Position numbers and translations under genes: made by a program. 64,000 bases of DNA from Bacilli bacterium (GTDB lineage Bacteria > Bacillota_I > Bacilli_A > RFN20 > CAG-826), in the NCBI GenBank assembly GCA_017635565.1, contig JAGBLE010000010.1, positions 21,833-85,832 on the forward strand, given 5' to 3'. Positions 17,852 to 28,227 of the stretch are shown piece after piece (positions within the stretch are counted from its first letter, which is position 1; every line of letters starts with the position of its first letter). The notes under the pieces were generated by a model. It was not told where the DNA came from. It made no database searches and saw only the letters and a list, made by a program, of their open reading frames with translations.

Positions 17852-19837
17852 CTAGATGCCCCATTCAGCATATTTTGTATCGATGAAATAATGTTCCATG
17901 TGTTCCACCATTCCGAGTTCTTGAGCGTCTTTTTTGAAATCGAGTCGTCTTTGATGAATTTCTTCAGGGGTAAATGTTGAAGCATGTAAATCACATAAAG
18001 CATATTTAGGGAACATAGTTTCGATAAGAATGTGCTTACGCAAAAGGTTATATAAAGATGAATCTGTTGTACGATATTTGTCAATTGTTCTAAAAGCATC
18101 ATCCATCATAGAGAGCCAATTAACTAATAATTGTTTTGGCCAATATTCAGCTTTAGAACCGATTTCTTGATAGACACCACCACCTAAACCATATTGCTCT
18201 GGTTTGCTTTCTAAATATGTTTCCCAGGCAGTGAGTTGTTCAAAATATTCTCTCATAATAGGAGCAGCGTCTTTAAAGTAATAATTAAAGAATTTATCCA
18301 CTAAAGGAGTGTAACTAGTGTTAACATCAAATTGAGCTTTGGAGTCAAGATATTCTTTTAATTTACCAAAGCAAGTAACATTTTTGTTAAATCTTTGTCC
18401 TTCATTAAGCATGAGGCTAGCGCCATGTTCTCTCATAAAACGATAATTAACCATCATCGTTGAATAGGTATTATATGGATACATGTAATGATGGTAATCA
18501 GTTTCATATAACCACGCTGTAAAATTGTCTGAATATTCAGTCCAACGTTTGATATTATTTGCAAAGACTTCATTAATGCTGTCATAGAAAGTTTGGACAT
18601 AAATTGCATGAAGCGGAGCAATCATAACGCTGACATCAGGGTTGCATTTTAAAGTTGGATCTTCACTGACATGAACTTTTGGTGGTTCAAGCGACGATAA
18701 ATAAGCAAAGAATTGGATATGAACCGTTCTTTTTGGAGTGCCGGTTTCTCTAGCCTCTTCTTCTAAGTGTGCTTGAAGAAGATCGTCTAATCGATTAACG
18801 AATCTAATTACTGAACCAGAAATACCACCATCTCTTTCAACGGCTTTTGTACATGTTTCGCAGCTACAAGCATTTCCTACGTCATTATCAGTAAAATTGA
18901 TAATTGTTAAATTTGGATTAGCATCTACTGTTCTTTCAAGAACTCTATATGCAGTTTGAACCATGAGTTCTAACGATTCTTCATCACCATGGGCGTTATA
19001 GCATAATTGAGAACGATTATCAGAAAACCATTCAGGATGATATAGTTCAGGATGTTCTTCATCGTGTTCAGCGTGAATATCTGGATCTAAGAAGCAGAAG
19101 ACATTATGAACTGTCGCATTTGTTCTTTTTGGACTTTCGGATTGAACAATCATAAATGTATAACTTGTTGAGAAACCTAAGCCATATGTTGTAGTTTCAG
19201 TAAAATTATTGGTTGGGTGGGACAATTCATAATCTGGTCTTTCAATAATTTCCATATCAGGAATATATCTTCCATCTTTTTCATAAATCACCGTGTCTTC
19301 GTTAATAAAATCAAAACCAAGGAGAAATTCTAAGAAACGACGAACACCTTGTTGATATCCATATTGACCTCGAGCGTTAAGGAACACTGCTTTACCAAAA
19401 GAGTGAATATAATATCCAGCGCTTTTTAAAGTAGCATAGCTTGGTAAGGTTGCTCCAGTTGCATTAAGCAAATCATCACAACCAACAACGATATAAGATT
19501 GGCTTCTTCCGACCATGCCACTTAAATAATCGTTTCTTTCGATTAATTCAAGAGCAGCGCCTGTGGCGTTAAAAACGTGGTTAGCGATATATGTTGCAGC
19601 AGTCATTGCCCCACTAGTGGTTTTATCATAGATAATTTTATAATCGGTTTTGCTATCAATAACAAAATCACGTTTCACATCTCTGACAGTGACATCATGT
19701 AATAAATCATCACTTTCCAAAAGTGGATAACCAAATTCATCGACATATTTGCCAGTTAGGGCATTAGATTGGGCTTGTCCACATCCGATAAGTGTAACAC
19801 ATAATAATGAGAAGAAAATTCGAGCACTCTTTTTCAT
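17852..19837 (-). CDS. lipoprotein, DUF4838-like putative glycoside hydrolase (GH67N/GH20b-like N-domain)
   Basis: Lipobox LIG-C. The N-terminal region has the pattern AATYIANHVFNATGAALELI ... SAGYYIHSFGKAVFLNARGQYGYQQGVRRFLEFLLGF. There is a CSCETC (CxCxxC) motif. The family call is from memory of that pattern only. Confidence 0.5.
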   Translation of the reverse strand: MKKSARIFFSLLCVTLIGCGQAQSNALTGKYVDEFGYPLLESDDLLHDVTVRDVKRDFVIDSKTDYKIIYDKTTSGAMTAATYIANHVFNATGAALELIERNDYLSGMVGRSQSYIVVGCDDLLNATGATLPSYATLKSAGYYIHSFGKAVFLNARGQYGYQQGVRRFLEFLLGFDFINEDTVIYEKDGRYIPDMEIIERPDYELSHPTNNFTETTTYGLGFSTSYTFMIVQSESPKRTNATVHNVFCFLDPDIHAEHDEEHPELYHPEWFSDNRSQLCYNAHGDEESLELMVQTAYRVLERTVDANPNLTIINFTDNDVGNACSCETCTKAVERDGGISGSVIRFVNRLDDLLQAHLEEEARETGTPKRTVHIQFFAYLSSLEPPKVHVSEDPTLKCNPDVSVMIAPLHAIYVQTFYDSINEVFANNIKRWTEYSDNFTAWLYETDYHHYMYPYNTYSTMMVNYRFMREHGASLMLNEGQRFNKNVTCFGKLKEYLDSKAQFDVNTSYTPLVDKFFNYYFKDAAPIMREYFEQLTAWETYLESKPEQYGLGGGVYQEIGSKAEYWPKQLLVNWLSMMDDAFRTIDKYRTTDSSLYNLLRKHILIETMFPKYALCDLHASTFTPEEIHQRRLDFKKDAQELGMVEHMEHYFIDTKYAEWGI

Positions 19838-19854
19838 AATGACTATATCCTCCC

Positions 19855-22800
19855 TTATTTAGTAACATTCACAAGGAATGTTCTAGTTGTGAAATTACCC
19901 GCTTCATCAATAACGTTAATCATGAAGCGATATGTTCCTTCACTTTTTACCTTATATCCTAATTCATCATCTTTTAAATATGTGTAAACACCAGATGGTG
20001 AAAGAACGACTTTTTGAACAATTAAGTTTTCAGATTCGGTGATGTTGTCTGATACCGTAAACGTTGGGAAATAAACAACACTACCGACTTTAGCATCTGA
20101 AACAATACCGGTTTTAAATGTGATAGTTGGAGCAACATCATCATATACACGAATATAATAAGAAATTGTTTGTGCATTTCCACTAGCCAAGAATCTTGAA
20201 TCTTCAACAGAGTTCAAAGTGAAATAATATTGTCCATAGTCTTCCAATTTGATGTCGTAAGCTTTGCTTGGATCAGCTCCATTTAAGACAGTTCCATCTA
20301 AAGCAGTAATATATTCACCATTAGGTTTACGAACTTCAAGGGTGAATTCAACTTTTGGAGAAAGAACATCAAATGAATATGTTGGTTCAATTGTGTAATA
20401 GTCATTAATTCTTTTCGTTCCACCAATTTCGTTATATATCGCGATTACTGGAGAAATACGATCTCTAGCAGCGGAAGAAGTAAATGTATATCCACACAAA
20501 GTATTTAAAATGAATTTAGCGCCATTATTGGCGGATTCTAGTGAGAAAGTAACATAAACATCTTTAGAATCAAGGCCATAGAATTTAGCGCCATCATCAT
20601 ATTGATCAACTTTAATGAAGACACCACTACAACTAAATTCAAGATTGCTAGTAAAGGCGACATTATATGAGCAATATTCAGTATTAATGTCATTATTCAA
20701 AATTCTTGCTTTTTGATTGCCAACAGCAAAATATGTATAACCATCTTCATAAACGATTCGAGCAGTTATTGATTGATTTGGATTTGTAGCAGAGACTAGT
20801 TGAATTTTAAGAGCACCATTATTTGCTAATCCAGTAACCGAAGAAATAGTAGCTACAAAAGAATAACCTAATAAAGTGTTGCCAAAATCAACGGTTGGAT
20901 TAGATGAAGTCGCTTCGAATTTAATTCCATCAGTTAATAAGGTTTTATTAAGTCCGGTTTCAATGAAGTAGTTAGGTAAATTAATAGCAGTCTCTCTAAT
21001 TGGAGTACCTAAATTTTTAATCGTATAAATATTTTCTTCTTGTAAAACAGTATTTTCGCAAAGAACTTTAACATTTACAGTTTTTCCATTAGTGTTCACT
21101 ACTGGGCAAAATTCTCTATCACTTCTAGTGTAATCTTTACTTCCGTTATCATCAGTGATACGTAAAGTAATATCTTTTTCCACTAATTGGTTATTTTCAT
21201 ATCGATAAGCGATTTCAGCTGGGAAATCATAATATCCACGTGAAATTAAATATTTTGGGAAAACAATTTCTTTTTCTAAAATTGGTTTACCGCTATCTGT
21301 AACATTAATTTGATAGGACTTTTCACTAAATTGGCCAATCATATCAACAACGCGATAAGTTACTTCATAATTAGTAAGTTCGCTAATTCTAAAGCCATCT
21401 TCTTCAATTAATATTTTTTCTCCACCATTAATTGAGTAATAAACTTCGGTAGTCTTATTTCCAACTCCGCCAGTGGAATCTAAGTTGTGATTAACTTTGA
21501 TGAAATCACCAACATAGGCGTTTTCTGAGTGGGTTGGCAAATCGAATTGTGGCTTTTCTAATTCGGTAAAAACACTGATTGTTTTGACAGTCTGAGCTTT
21601 ATTTCCACTCGCATCATACGCTGTATAGACGATAGAGTAGATACCTTCTTTATCCATAAGGAACGAATCATCTACGATTTCAACATTCACTTTATTTTCT
21701 GAAAAATAATCATAATAAACTGCAACATCAACATCACAATTTAATGAAACATCATCATACGCTGTTGCACTAGGAATTGGATAATAATATCCAGTCGCTC
21801 CATTAGGAAGATTTTCAAATTCACTATTAACAGTGATAGCAGGAGCTTCATTATCAATATAAACATTTGATGCTAGCTCAGATTTACTAACTCCAAAAAC
21901 TTCATCGATAACAAAATCCATCGTTGTCGAAGAATAACTTTCAGCGTACATCGATAAGAAAACACGATCACTACTAAAACCTAAAAATGGATTTGTAACG
22001 TGGTTTGGGTCATCTAAATCAATAACTAATTCTAAAGATTTGCCTCTTTCAAATCCAGTTCCATAAACAGTTTTTAATGTATCATCGTATCCCATAATAA
22101 ATGGGCAAGCATCGTATTTGTTATTATTGTATGAGGTTTGCTGAACACCATCAAAAACAACTCCAGACCATAATCCATATGTGTCATTAGTGTGTAATCC
22201 TTGAGTTTGATGGATACCGGCAAAATAATCTTGAGCATTACTTTTAGCAATACAGCTAGAAGAATGGGAAACAGTTCCATTACTATTGTTAGCAACATGT
22301 GAATAATAGCATAATGTAACGTATATATCAGGATTATCAGCATCAGTTAATCTCATGAATAATTGATTAGCGTTAGTAGAGCCATGTGTTGAAGGAACAA
22401 TATATCCTTCCACTAGTTTTTTGGCTTCCGCTAAATCGGAGAGATAAATAGGTTGAGCGAAACGTAAAGTGTCGCCAAATGCCAATTTAACAAAGATTCC
22501 ATCTTTATCAGCGTTTAATTCGCTTGCGGTTCTAGTTGAGTCGTAATATTCAGCAGAAGAGACTTTTGGATTTCCAACTGATAAATAAGCGTAATCAACT
22601 TCAATTGTTTTTATGACGCTATGAATTTCACCGTTGACGTTAACTGTATATTCAAAGGTATATAAACCTGCTTGATCAAGTTCAATTGTTTCTTCGGCAG
22701 TTTGACTTTTATCTGGATAAGTAACAATACATGTAGCGGGATATGAATTACCATCATAATCATAAGTCATAGTTGGAACTTCGTAAGAAGTACCAAATGC

Positions 22801-22929
22801 ATGGTAACCCTCTTCAAAAGTTGACCAGTCCGCTGAAGTTTTTAAAGTTTTTTGATTTGCTAAGACTGCACCAACCGCTAGTCCAGCACTCAAAAGTAAA
22901 GCACCACCGATAAGAAATCTTTTTTTCAT
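19855..22929 (-). CDS. large secreted or membrane-anchored protein with several Ig-like (DUF5011/HYR-type) domains and a central lectin-like region
   Basis: N-terminal hydrophobic signal without Cys. Repeated domain starts DNEAPAITVN, DRISPVIAIY and DDVAPTITFK. The track start at 22935 is TTG. The ATG at 22929 has AAGGA 8 nt upstream. Confidence 0.65.
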   Translation of the reverse strand: MKKRFLIGGALLLSAGLAVGAVLANQKTLKTSADWSTFEEGYHAFGTSYEVPTMTYDYDGNSYPATCIVTYPDKSQTAEETIELDQAGLYTFEYTVNVNGEIHSVIKTIEVDYAYLSVGNPKVSSAEYYDSTRTASELNADKDGIFVKLAFGDTLRFAQPIYLSDLAEAKKLVEGYIVPSTHGSTNANQLFMRLTDADNPDIYVTLCYYSHVANNSNGTVSHSSSCIAKSNAQDYFAGIHQTQGLHTNDTYGLWSGVVFDGVQQTSYNNNKYDACPFIMGYDDTLKTVYGTGFERGKSLELVIDLDDPNHVTNPFLGFSSDRVFLSMYAESYSSTTMDFVIDEVFGVSKSELASNVYIDNEAPAITVNSEFENLPNGATGYYYPIPSATAYDDVSLNCDVDVAVYYDYFSENKVNVEIVDDSFLMDKEGIYSIVYTAYDASGNKAQTVKTISVFTELEKPQFDLPTHSENAYVGDFIKVNHNLDSTGGVGNKTTEVYYSINGGEKILIEEDGFRISELTNYEVTYRVVDMIGQFSEKSYQINVTDSGKPILEKEIVFPKYLISRGYYDFPAEIAYRYENNQLVEKDITLRITDDNGSKDYTRSDREFCPVVNTNGKTVNVKVLCENTVLQEENIYTIKNLGTPIRETAINLPNYFIETGLNKTLLTDGIKFEATSSNPTVDFGNTLLGYSFVATISSVTGLANNGALKIQLVSATNPNQSITARIVYEDGYTYFAVGNQKARILNNDINTEYCSYNVAFTSNLEFSCSGVFIKVDQYDDGAKFYGLDSKDVYVTFSLESANNGAKFILNTLCGYTFTSSAARDRISPVIAIYNEIGGTKRINDYYTIEPTYSFDVLSPKVEFTLEVRKPNGEYITALDGTVLNGADPSKAYDIKLEDYGQYYFTLNSVEDSRFLASGNAQTISYYIRVYDDVAPTITFKTGIVSDAKVGSVVYFPTFTVSDNITESENLIVQKVVLSPSGVYTYLKDDELGYKVKSEGTYRFMINVIDEAGNFTTRTFLVNVTK

Positions 22930-22945
22930 AGACAAATTCCTTTCT

Positions 22946-23863
22946 TTATCCTTTAACTCCGCCCATAGTAAGGCTTCCCATAAATTTATCTTTGAAGATG
23001 GAGAATAAAATCAACACTGGAGCACTAGATAAAATAACCATGTTGAGAGCGTAAACAGCGTTATTACTAACATCTGAATCTCCAACCGCTCCAGCAGCAG
23101 TAATCATCTTCCATAACGTAAATCCTAAAGTTGGCTTATCTCTTAAATAAACCATTGGCGTTTGATAATCATTCCAGAAGGTAACGAAATTAATTAATAA
23201 AATTGTTAAGAAAACATTTTTAATGAGTGGGAAAGCAATTTTAAATAAGATTTGAAAATTGTTCGCCCCATCAATTCGTGCAGCTTCAAAATAATCGTTT
23301 GGCATGCTCTTAAATGTCGTATACATGACAAAGAAATACAGACCAAGCATATTCGCCTTAAGCATGATAACTCCAGGAAGGCTATTCACTAAACCAAGAC
23401 CATAAGCAACTTTTAATTCAGATGGCAAGGAACCAACGATAGGAATAATCATCGCTAATAAGACAGCAGTATAAACAACTTTACCAGTCTTAAAATTAAA
23501 TCTAGCACAAGCATAAGCGGCTAAACATGGGACTAAAGTCTTTAAGAAAGCACTACCAATAGAGTAGATAATTGAATTGCCTAAAATATCAAATAATGTC
23601 GACTTTTGACCTTGACTATTAAAACTGTAGACTTTGTTAAAAATTTCTCCCAAGTGGAAATAAAAGTTCTTGTTCTTCATATAGAAATAAGAACCAGAAA
23701 AATCAGTTAATTTAGCGCTTCTAGTCGCAACAAAGACAGTGTAAGCAAGTAAAGCGAATAGAACAATCGCATAAAGAATTAAGATTCCCATAATGATAAC
23801 TGGGAAAATGCTTAGTTTTGAACGTCTAACATTTTGATGGTCTTTTTTGAGTTTAATTTTCAT
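22946..23863 (-). CDS. carbohydrate ABC transporter permease (MalG-like)
   Basis: 6-TM protein with the EAA loop FEAARIDGANNFQIL. AAGGAGAG RBS. Confidence 0.85.
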   Translation of the reverse strand: MKIKLKKDHQNVRRSKLSIFPVIIMGILILYAIVLFALLAYTVFVATRSAKLTDFSGSYFYMKNKNFYFHLGEIFNKVYSFNSQGQKSTLFDILGNSIIYSIGSAFLKTLVPCLAAYACARFNFKTGKVVYTAVLLAMIIPIVGSLPSELKVAYGLGLVNSLPGVIMLKANMLGLYFFVMYTTFKSMPNDYFEAARIDGANNFQILFKIAFPLIKNVFLTILLINFVTFWNDYQTPMVYLRDKPTLGFTLWKMITAAGAVGDSDVSNNAVYALNMVILSSAPVLILFSIFKDKFMGSLTMGGVKG

Positions 23864-23865
23864 CG

Positions 23866-24810
23866 TTATCTCTCCTTAGGACCAAATCTTTCAAGCAAAT
23901 ATCTAGTTCCAAAGACCAGTGGAACAATAACAGCGGTACAAACTAAGCCAAGAGCCGCCATTTGGTGATATTCGGCTGAATTATAAATTCCTTGGGTTGC
24001 AGGGCCTTGAATATTGCTATAAATGACATATCCAATTGGACCAGGTCCAAGTTTAGCAATCGAAGAGCCAAAGAATGTAAATAAAGAATATTGGTTAACA
24101 AATAAGCTTGCTAATCCTGTGATTAAGAAAGTTGATAATGTTGGGAATGTAAATGGTAAAACAATATTAAAGAATTCCCTAAATCGATTGATGCCATCAA
24201 GTTGAGCAGCTTCAAAGATCTCAGGAGAGATTTCACTCATCTTATTTGAATAAATTAAAGTCGTTGTACCAAATCCAATAAAGCAATCAAACAAAATAAT
24301 TGTGATATATGTTTTTACTTCATAAATATTCAACAAGTTAGGAACATCTAAAGATTGGGTTTGTTCGATGAGGAAATAAGTTAAATCAATATCATTAAAT
24401 TTCTTAAAGATTGCAATCATGACGGTTGCAGAAAGAATAGAAGGTAAGAAGAGAATAAACCTAAAGAACTTACTTCCTAAAAATCTTCGAGAAATAAAAT
24501 AGGCAAATAATAACGCCAAAGGAATTGAAATAGCGGAAGAGCAAAGCCATAAAATAACAGAAATTAAAGCTGATTTTAAATATGGATAGCTATTCGTAGT
24601 GCTTTCATAAGCGAATACTTGCCTAAAGTAATAAAATGCATCTTGATTAGGTACTGCATCAGGCCCATAGTTAAAGGCCAACGCAAATGAATTGATATTA
24701 ACGTAAATATAAAAGACTGCAAATTGAAGAACTGGCCATGCCAAAAGAAGGAGATGAAAAGCCAAATCCTTCTTTGAATTACCAGATTTCTTGTGTCTTC
24801 TTCTTGCCAT
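23866..24810 (-). CDS. carbohydrate ABC transporter permease (MalF-like)
   Basis: 6-TM protein with the EAA loop FEAAQLDGINRFREF. Confidence 0.85.
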   Translation of the reverse strand: MARRRHKKSGNSKKDLAFHLLLLAWPVLQFAVFYIYVNINSFALAFNYGPDAVPNQDAFYYFRQVFAYESTTNSYPYLKSALISVILWLCSSAISIPLALLFAYFISRRFLGSKFFRFILFLPSILSATVMIAIFKKFNDIDLTYFLIEQTQSLDVPNLLNIYEVKTYITIILFDCFIGFGTTTLIYSNKMSEISPEIFEAAQLDGINRFREFFNIVLPFTFPTLSTFLITGLASLFVNQYSLFTFFGSSIAKLGPGPIGYVIYSNIQGPATQGIYNSAEYHQMAALGLVCTAVIVPLVFGTRYLLERFGPKER

Positions 24811-26579
24811 TATGCTGCTGTGCTATACACACCCTTGTAATATTTGTACATCTTGGCGATGTATTTTCCTGCTGTTAAACTTGGATCAGCAGTAAATTCG
24901 TTTTGGCAGAATGTAATATTTGTTGAATACGCATATCTTCTACCAGATAATTGTGTTCCAATTGTGTTCATATATTGTTTTTCGTGAGAATATGGGAAAA
25001 CAATGTCAGCATTTTGGAAATATTCCCAGAAGTCTCTACCAAAATTACTCATTTCTTTTTTATTTTCATCAGTCATCGTATATTTGAACGACTTAATCGC
25101 GTTTGTTTTTGTTGTGAATTCTTGAAGAGCTTCATCGGTGTTCATATATTGGATGAAATCACCAATAATGGCTTTTTTAAATGCAGGAACACCTCTTTTA
25201 ACAAAGACGTAAGATTCATTATCGAATAAAACAGTTTGTTTACTATTAGAATGAGCGTCCGCTTTTGGAAGAGGCATCCAGCCAAAATCTAATTGGTCTT
25301 TTTCGGTTTCCGCTAAAGAATCGATAACTTCACTAGCTTCGCTATACCACCAGTTTCCTTCAAAAATCATCGCGATACTCTTGCTTCTTTGTGAACCATG
25401 AGCATCTAATCTACCAAATTGTGAATTAATGAAATAGTTTTGAGCATCTAAGTGAGAAGAGCTGTTACTAATGATATTGAGTTCCCAATTACCTTTATGG
25501 CTGCCGTTAGGGTTATATGACTCATCCATAATTCTATCAACAAAATCTAAGGCATGGTATTTACCAGCTGTTCTCATAACTTCAGCACCATCATAAGCGC
25601 CATTAACTTTATTTGGATGAACTGTTTTTGTTTCATAAATTAAGTTGCCTTCTGCATCGCGTTCAACATCAGTTCCATCAGCGTTTAATTTAACAACATC
25701 AACTTCTCCATTATATGTATATGTAACAGCGGCTTGTTCTGCTCCTTCGTAGAAAGAAGCTAAAGAATTAGCTAAAGCGCCAAAATAGTCTCCGCCACCA
25801 TTTTTACCCATCCAGACTAGTGGAACATTTCCACCATCCTTAATGTAATTACATAATTCGTAAAATTCATCATAGGTTGTTGGAAGTCCATCATCATTAG
25901 TGCCAGCTATTCCATCAGGTCCAACACTTTTTTGAGAAGTAGGAGTTTCAACAAATCTAAATTCAGATTCTGTTACTGGATCAAAATCTTGATAATCCTC
26001 AGCAAAATAATATCCTTTTTCTCTAAAGACGGTCTTGTTATAGACAATACCAAAATTACCAATATAGTGTGGGATAGCGTAATAATGTGAATTTCCATTA
26101 GAATCTTTCATATTTAAGAAGTCTCTTTGGAAATCGAACATTTTACTTTCAATTGTTTTTCCTGGTTCATATGGATTATCACCAGTAACAAATTCAGTAA
26201 TATCTTCAAAGGCGTTATCCGCTAAAGTGGTATGGTAATTAATTGATTCAAAGAAATAAAGTTCACTAGTTCCGTTTTTGATTTCGGCACTTGATGGACG
26301 AGCTTTTTGATCAGCAATAATAATTTGAAGGCCTTTTTTGCCTGATTCATAGCTATCTTCAGCGTGAAGTTCTTCATATCTTGTTTTAGCAGAGTAAAGC
26401 CATTTGTTTCCGTATCCACCTTGGTAGTTTTTAATGTAAATTTGAGTCTTTGTTTCATCGACGACAACTCCACCGCCTCCACCTGATTCTTGTGAGCAAG
26501 ATGTAACGAGGGTCACTAAAGCACCAACTGAACAAACAGCGGTCAAAATAGCGTTTACCTTAAATGTTTTTTTCTTCAT
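24810..26579 (-). CDS. extracellular solute-binding lipoprotein of the sugar ABC importer (unusually long, 589 aa)
   Basis: Lipobox VTS-C followed by a Gly-rich tether (SQESGGGGG). AAAGGAGAG RBS. First gene of the packed operon. Confidence 0.8.
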   Translation of the reverse strand: MKKKTFKVNAILTAVCSVGALVTLVTSCSQESGGGGGVVVDETKTQIYIKNYQGGYGNKWLYSAKTRYEELHAEDSYESGKKGLQIIIADQKARPSSAEIKNGTSELYFFESINYHTTLADNAFEDITEFVTGDNPYEPGKTIESKMFDFQRDFLNMKDSNGNSHYYAIPHYIGNFGIVYNKTVFREKGYYFAEDYQDFDPVTESEFRFVETPTSQKSVGPDGIAGTNDDGLPTTYDEFYELCNYIKDGGNVPLVWMGKNGGGDYFGALANSLASFYEGAEQAAVTYTYNGEVDVVKLNADGTDVERDAEGNLIYETKTVHPNKVNGAYDGAEVMRTAGKYHALDFVDRIMDESYNPNGSHKGNWELNIISNSSSHLDAQNYFINSQFGRLDAHGSQRSKSIAMIFEGNWWYSEASEVIDSLAETEKDQLDFGWMPLPKADAHSNSKQTVLFDNESYVFVKRGVPAFKKAIIGDFIQYMNTDEALQEFTTKTNAIKSFKYTMTDENKKEMSNFGRDFWEYFQNADIVFPYSHEKQYMNTIGTQLSGRRYAYSTNITFCQNEFTADPSLTAGKYIAKMYKYYKGVYSTAA

Positions 26580-26657
26580 AAAGTATCTCTCCTTTTGATT
26601 TAAAAATGATATATAGCAATATTGAAGATTTATGTAATTTGATAAGTTGATTTTATA

Positions 26658-26678
26658 TTGTTATATTCCTTATAACAA
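26658..26678. promoter_or_regulatory. inverted repeat in the control region upstream of the ABC/enzyme operon
   Basis: ttgttata-ttcct-tataacaa (8-5-8). It lies 79 nt upstream of the SBP start and 59 nt downstream of the preceding stop. It could be an operator or a weak AT-rich terminator. Confidence 0.2.
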
Positions 26679-26736
26679 CATGGGTTATATATAATCCGTT
26701 GAAGATAATAAGAAAATCGTATAAAAGTAAAATCAA

Positions 26737-28227
26737 CTATCTTCTTACGAATTTAAGAGGAACATAAAATTCTTTTCCTCTAGTAGGAATGACAAATTTC
26801 ATCAGTAAAGTATCAATCGAATCTTTTGAATGTTTAGCTTCTAATTCGAAATGAGTTTCTTCGGAATAAGCGAATTTCGTCATTGGAGTCCAACATGGAG
26901 CGTATATCTCTTTTGAACAATCATCACAAACATAATTTGGATGAGGGAGTAACTCCACTCTTATTTCATAGCCTTGATTACCAAAAGCTTTGATATTATT
27001 AGTAACCATTACTGTTAAATGTTTCTTTTCACCAGTCTTCACTAAGTTACCATCATCAAAACTAATAATTGCAGTCATCGCTCCAAGTCTCGTTTTGAAG
27101 GTATTTGGTTTAAGTGAATATTTTAAAGCGCGAATATCATCTCGTTCATCATCTAAAGCAAATTCTCGATTTAAATGAGCGATGAATTCATCATCAATTT
27201 CACTTTCACCATCGGTGATTTCAATCTTTTCAAAATTTGAATTTAATAAATATTGGGTTTGTTTAGCAATACGGTTCACCAAATCAGTGATTGTGGCTGA
27301 AAAGCGGAAAGAAACCCCGCGGTTAATGCTACAAGTGATGATTCTATCACCGATATATTCTTTCCAATCGGCAGGGATCTTATCTTCCCCATGCATGATT
27401 CCTAAAATAGAACCAACAGTCGCAGCAGTACAATCTGTATCATCTCCGCAATTAATCGCGGTTAACATTGATTTCTTAAAGTCACCTTGTCCATATAAAA
27501 GACCAATGACAACAAAAGCGACATTATTAGGAGCTTGGAACCACCCATCTCCAATGTCTTTATTTAATTCAACAACACGGTTTCTCACTTCTTTATAATC
27601 AACACCTTTAGAATGCAATTCTCTTACTAATTCAAGTGTCTTATGCAATCTCGATGATTTATCAACTTTGGATAAACCAATATCAATGAGGGTGTTGACA
27701 TCATTAACAACGAATGCCGCAGATTCTAAAGCCGCAACAAAGCAAGTCGCTGCCGTTCCTTCTCCGGTTCCATGATCCACTAAAGCATCTTCAATAGCAT
27801 ATTTAACAGCGGTATCAACGGCGCCAGGAGCTAAGCACGCCCAGATTTCTGTTCTAATCCACGCTCCATTAGAGTGTTTCCATATGTTATTGTCCATATC
27901 CCCAGAAATACTTGGAGGTATTCCCCTTTGCATATTGGTTTTACTAATTCCATATTCATTCCAATATGGAGTGATAAAGCTGAGCCAATACTCACCTAAC
28001 ATTTCTGAATCGATATGTTTAGGTCCTTGGTCTTCCAAAGCTTGTAGCCAAACGAGTTGTAAATCCAAATCATCGTTTGGAAGTGGCTCTCCTTTTTGAG
28101 TTTTGAATCCTTTCACATCTAAAAGTTCTCTAGTCCCTTCATAAGGACCGCCCATCGTACCACCTATGTTTTTGCCAACAAAGCAGCCTTTGACCTTGTT
28201 AAGGTATATTTGTCTATTGAGTTTCAT
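26737..28227 (-). CDS. ADP-ribosylglycohydrolase-fold protein with an extra ~160-aa C-terminal domain
   Basis: N-terminal GCFVGKNIGGTMGGPYEG and CGDDTDCTAATVGSILG are ARH/DraG-family signatures. The track start at 28233 is TTG. The ATG at 28227 has GAGG 7 nt upstream. Confidence 0.7.
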   Translation of the reverse strand: MKLNRQIYLNKVKGCFVGKNIGGTMGGPYEGTRELLDVKGFKTQKGEPLPNDDLDLQLVWLQALEDQGPKHIDSEMLGEYWLSFITPYWNEYGISKTNMQRGIPPSISGDMDNNIWKHSNGAWIRTEIWACLAPGAVDTAVKYAIEDALVDHGTGEGTAATCFVAALESAAFVVNDVNTLIDIGLSKVDKSSRLHKTLELVRELHSKGVDYKEVRNRVVELNKDIGDGWFQAPNNVAFVVIGLLYGQGDFKKSMLTAINCGDDTDCTAATVGSILGIMHGEDKIPADWKEYIGDRIITCSINRGVSFRFSATITDLVNRIAKQTQYLLNSNFEKIEITDGESEIDDEFIAHLNREFALDDERDDIRALKYSLKPNTFKTRLGAMTAIISFDDGNLVKTGEKKHLTVMVTNNIKAFGNQGYEIRVELLPHPNYVCDDCSKEIYAPCWTPMTKFAYSEETHFELEAKHSKDSIDTLLMKFVIPTRGKEFYVPLKFVRR

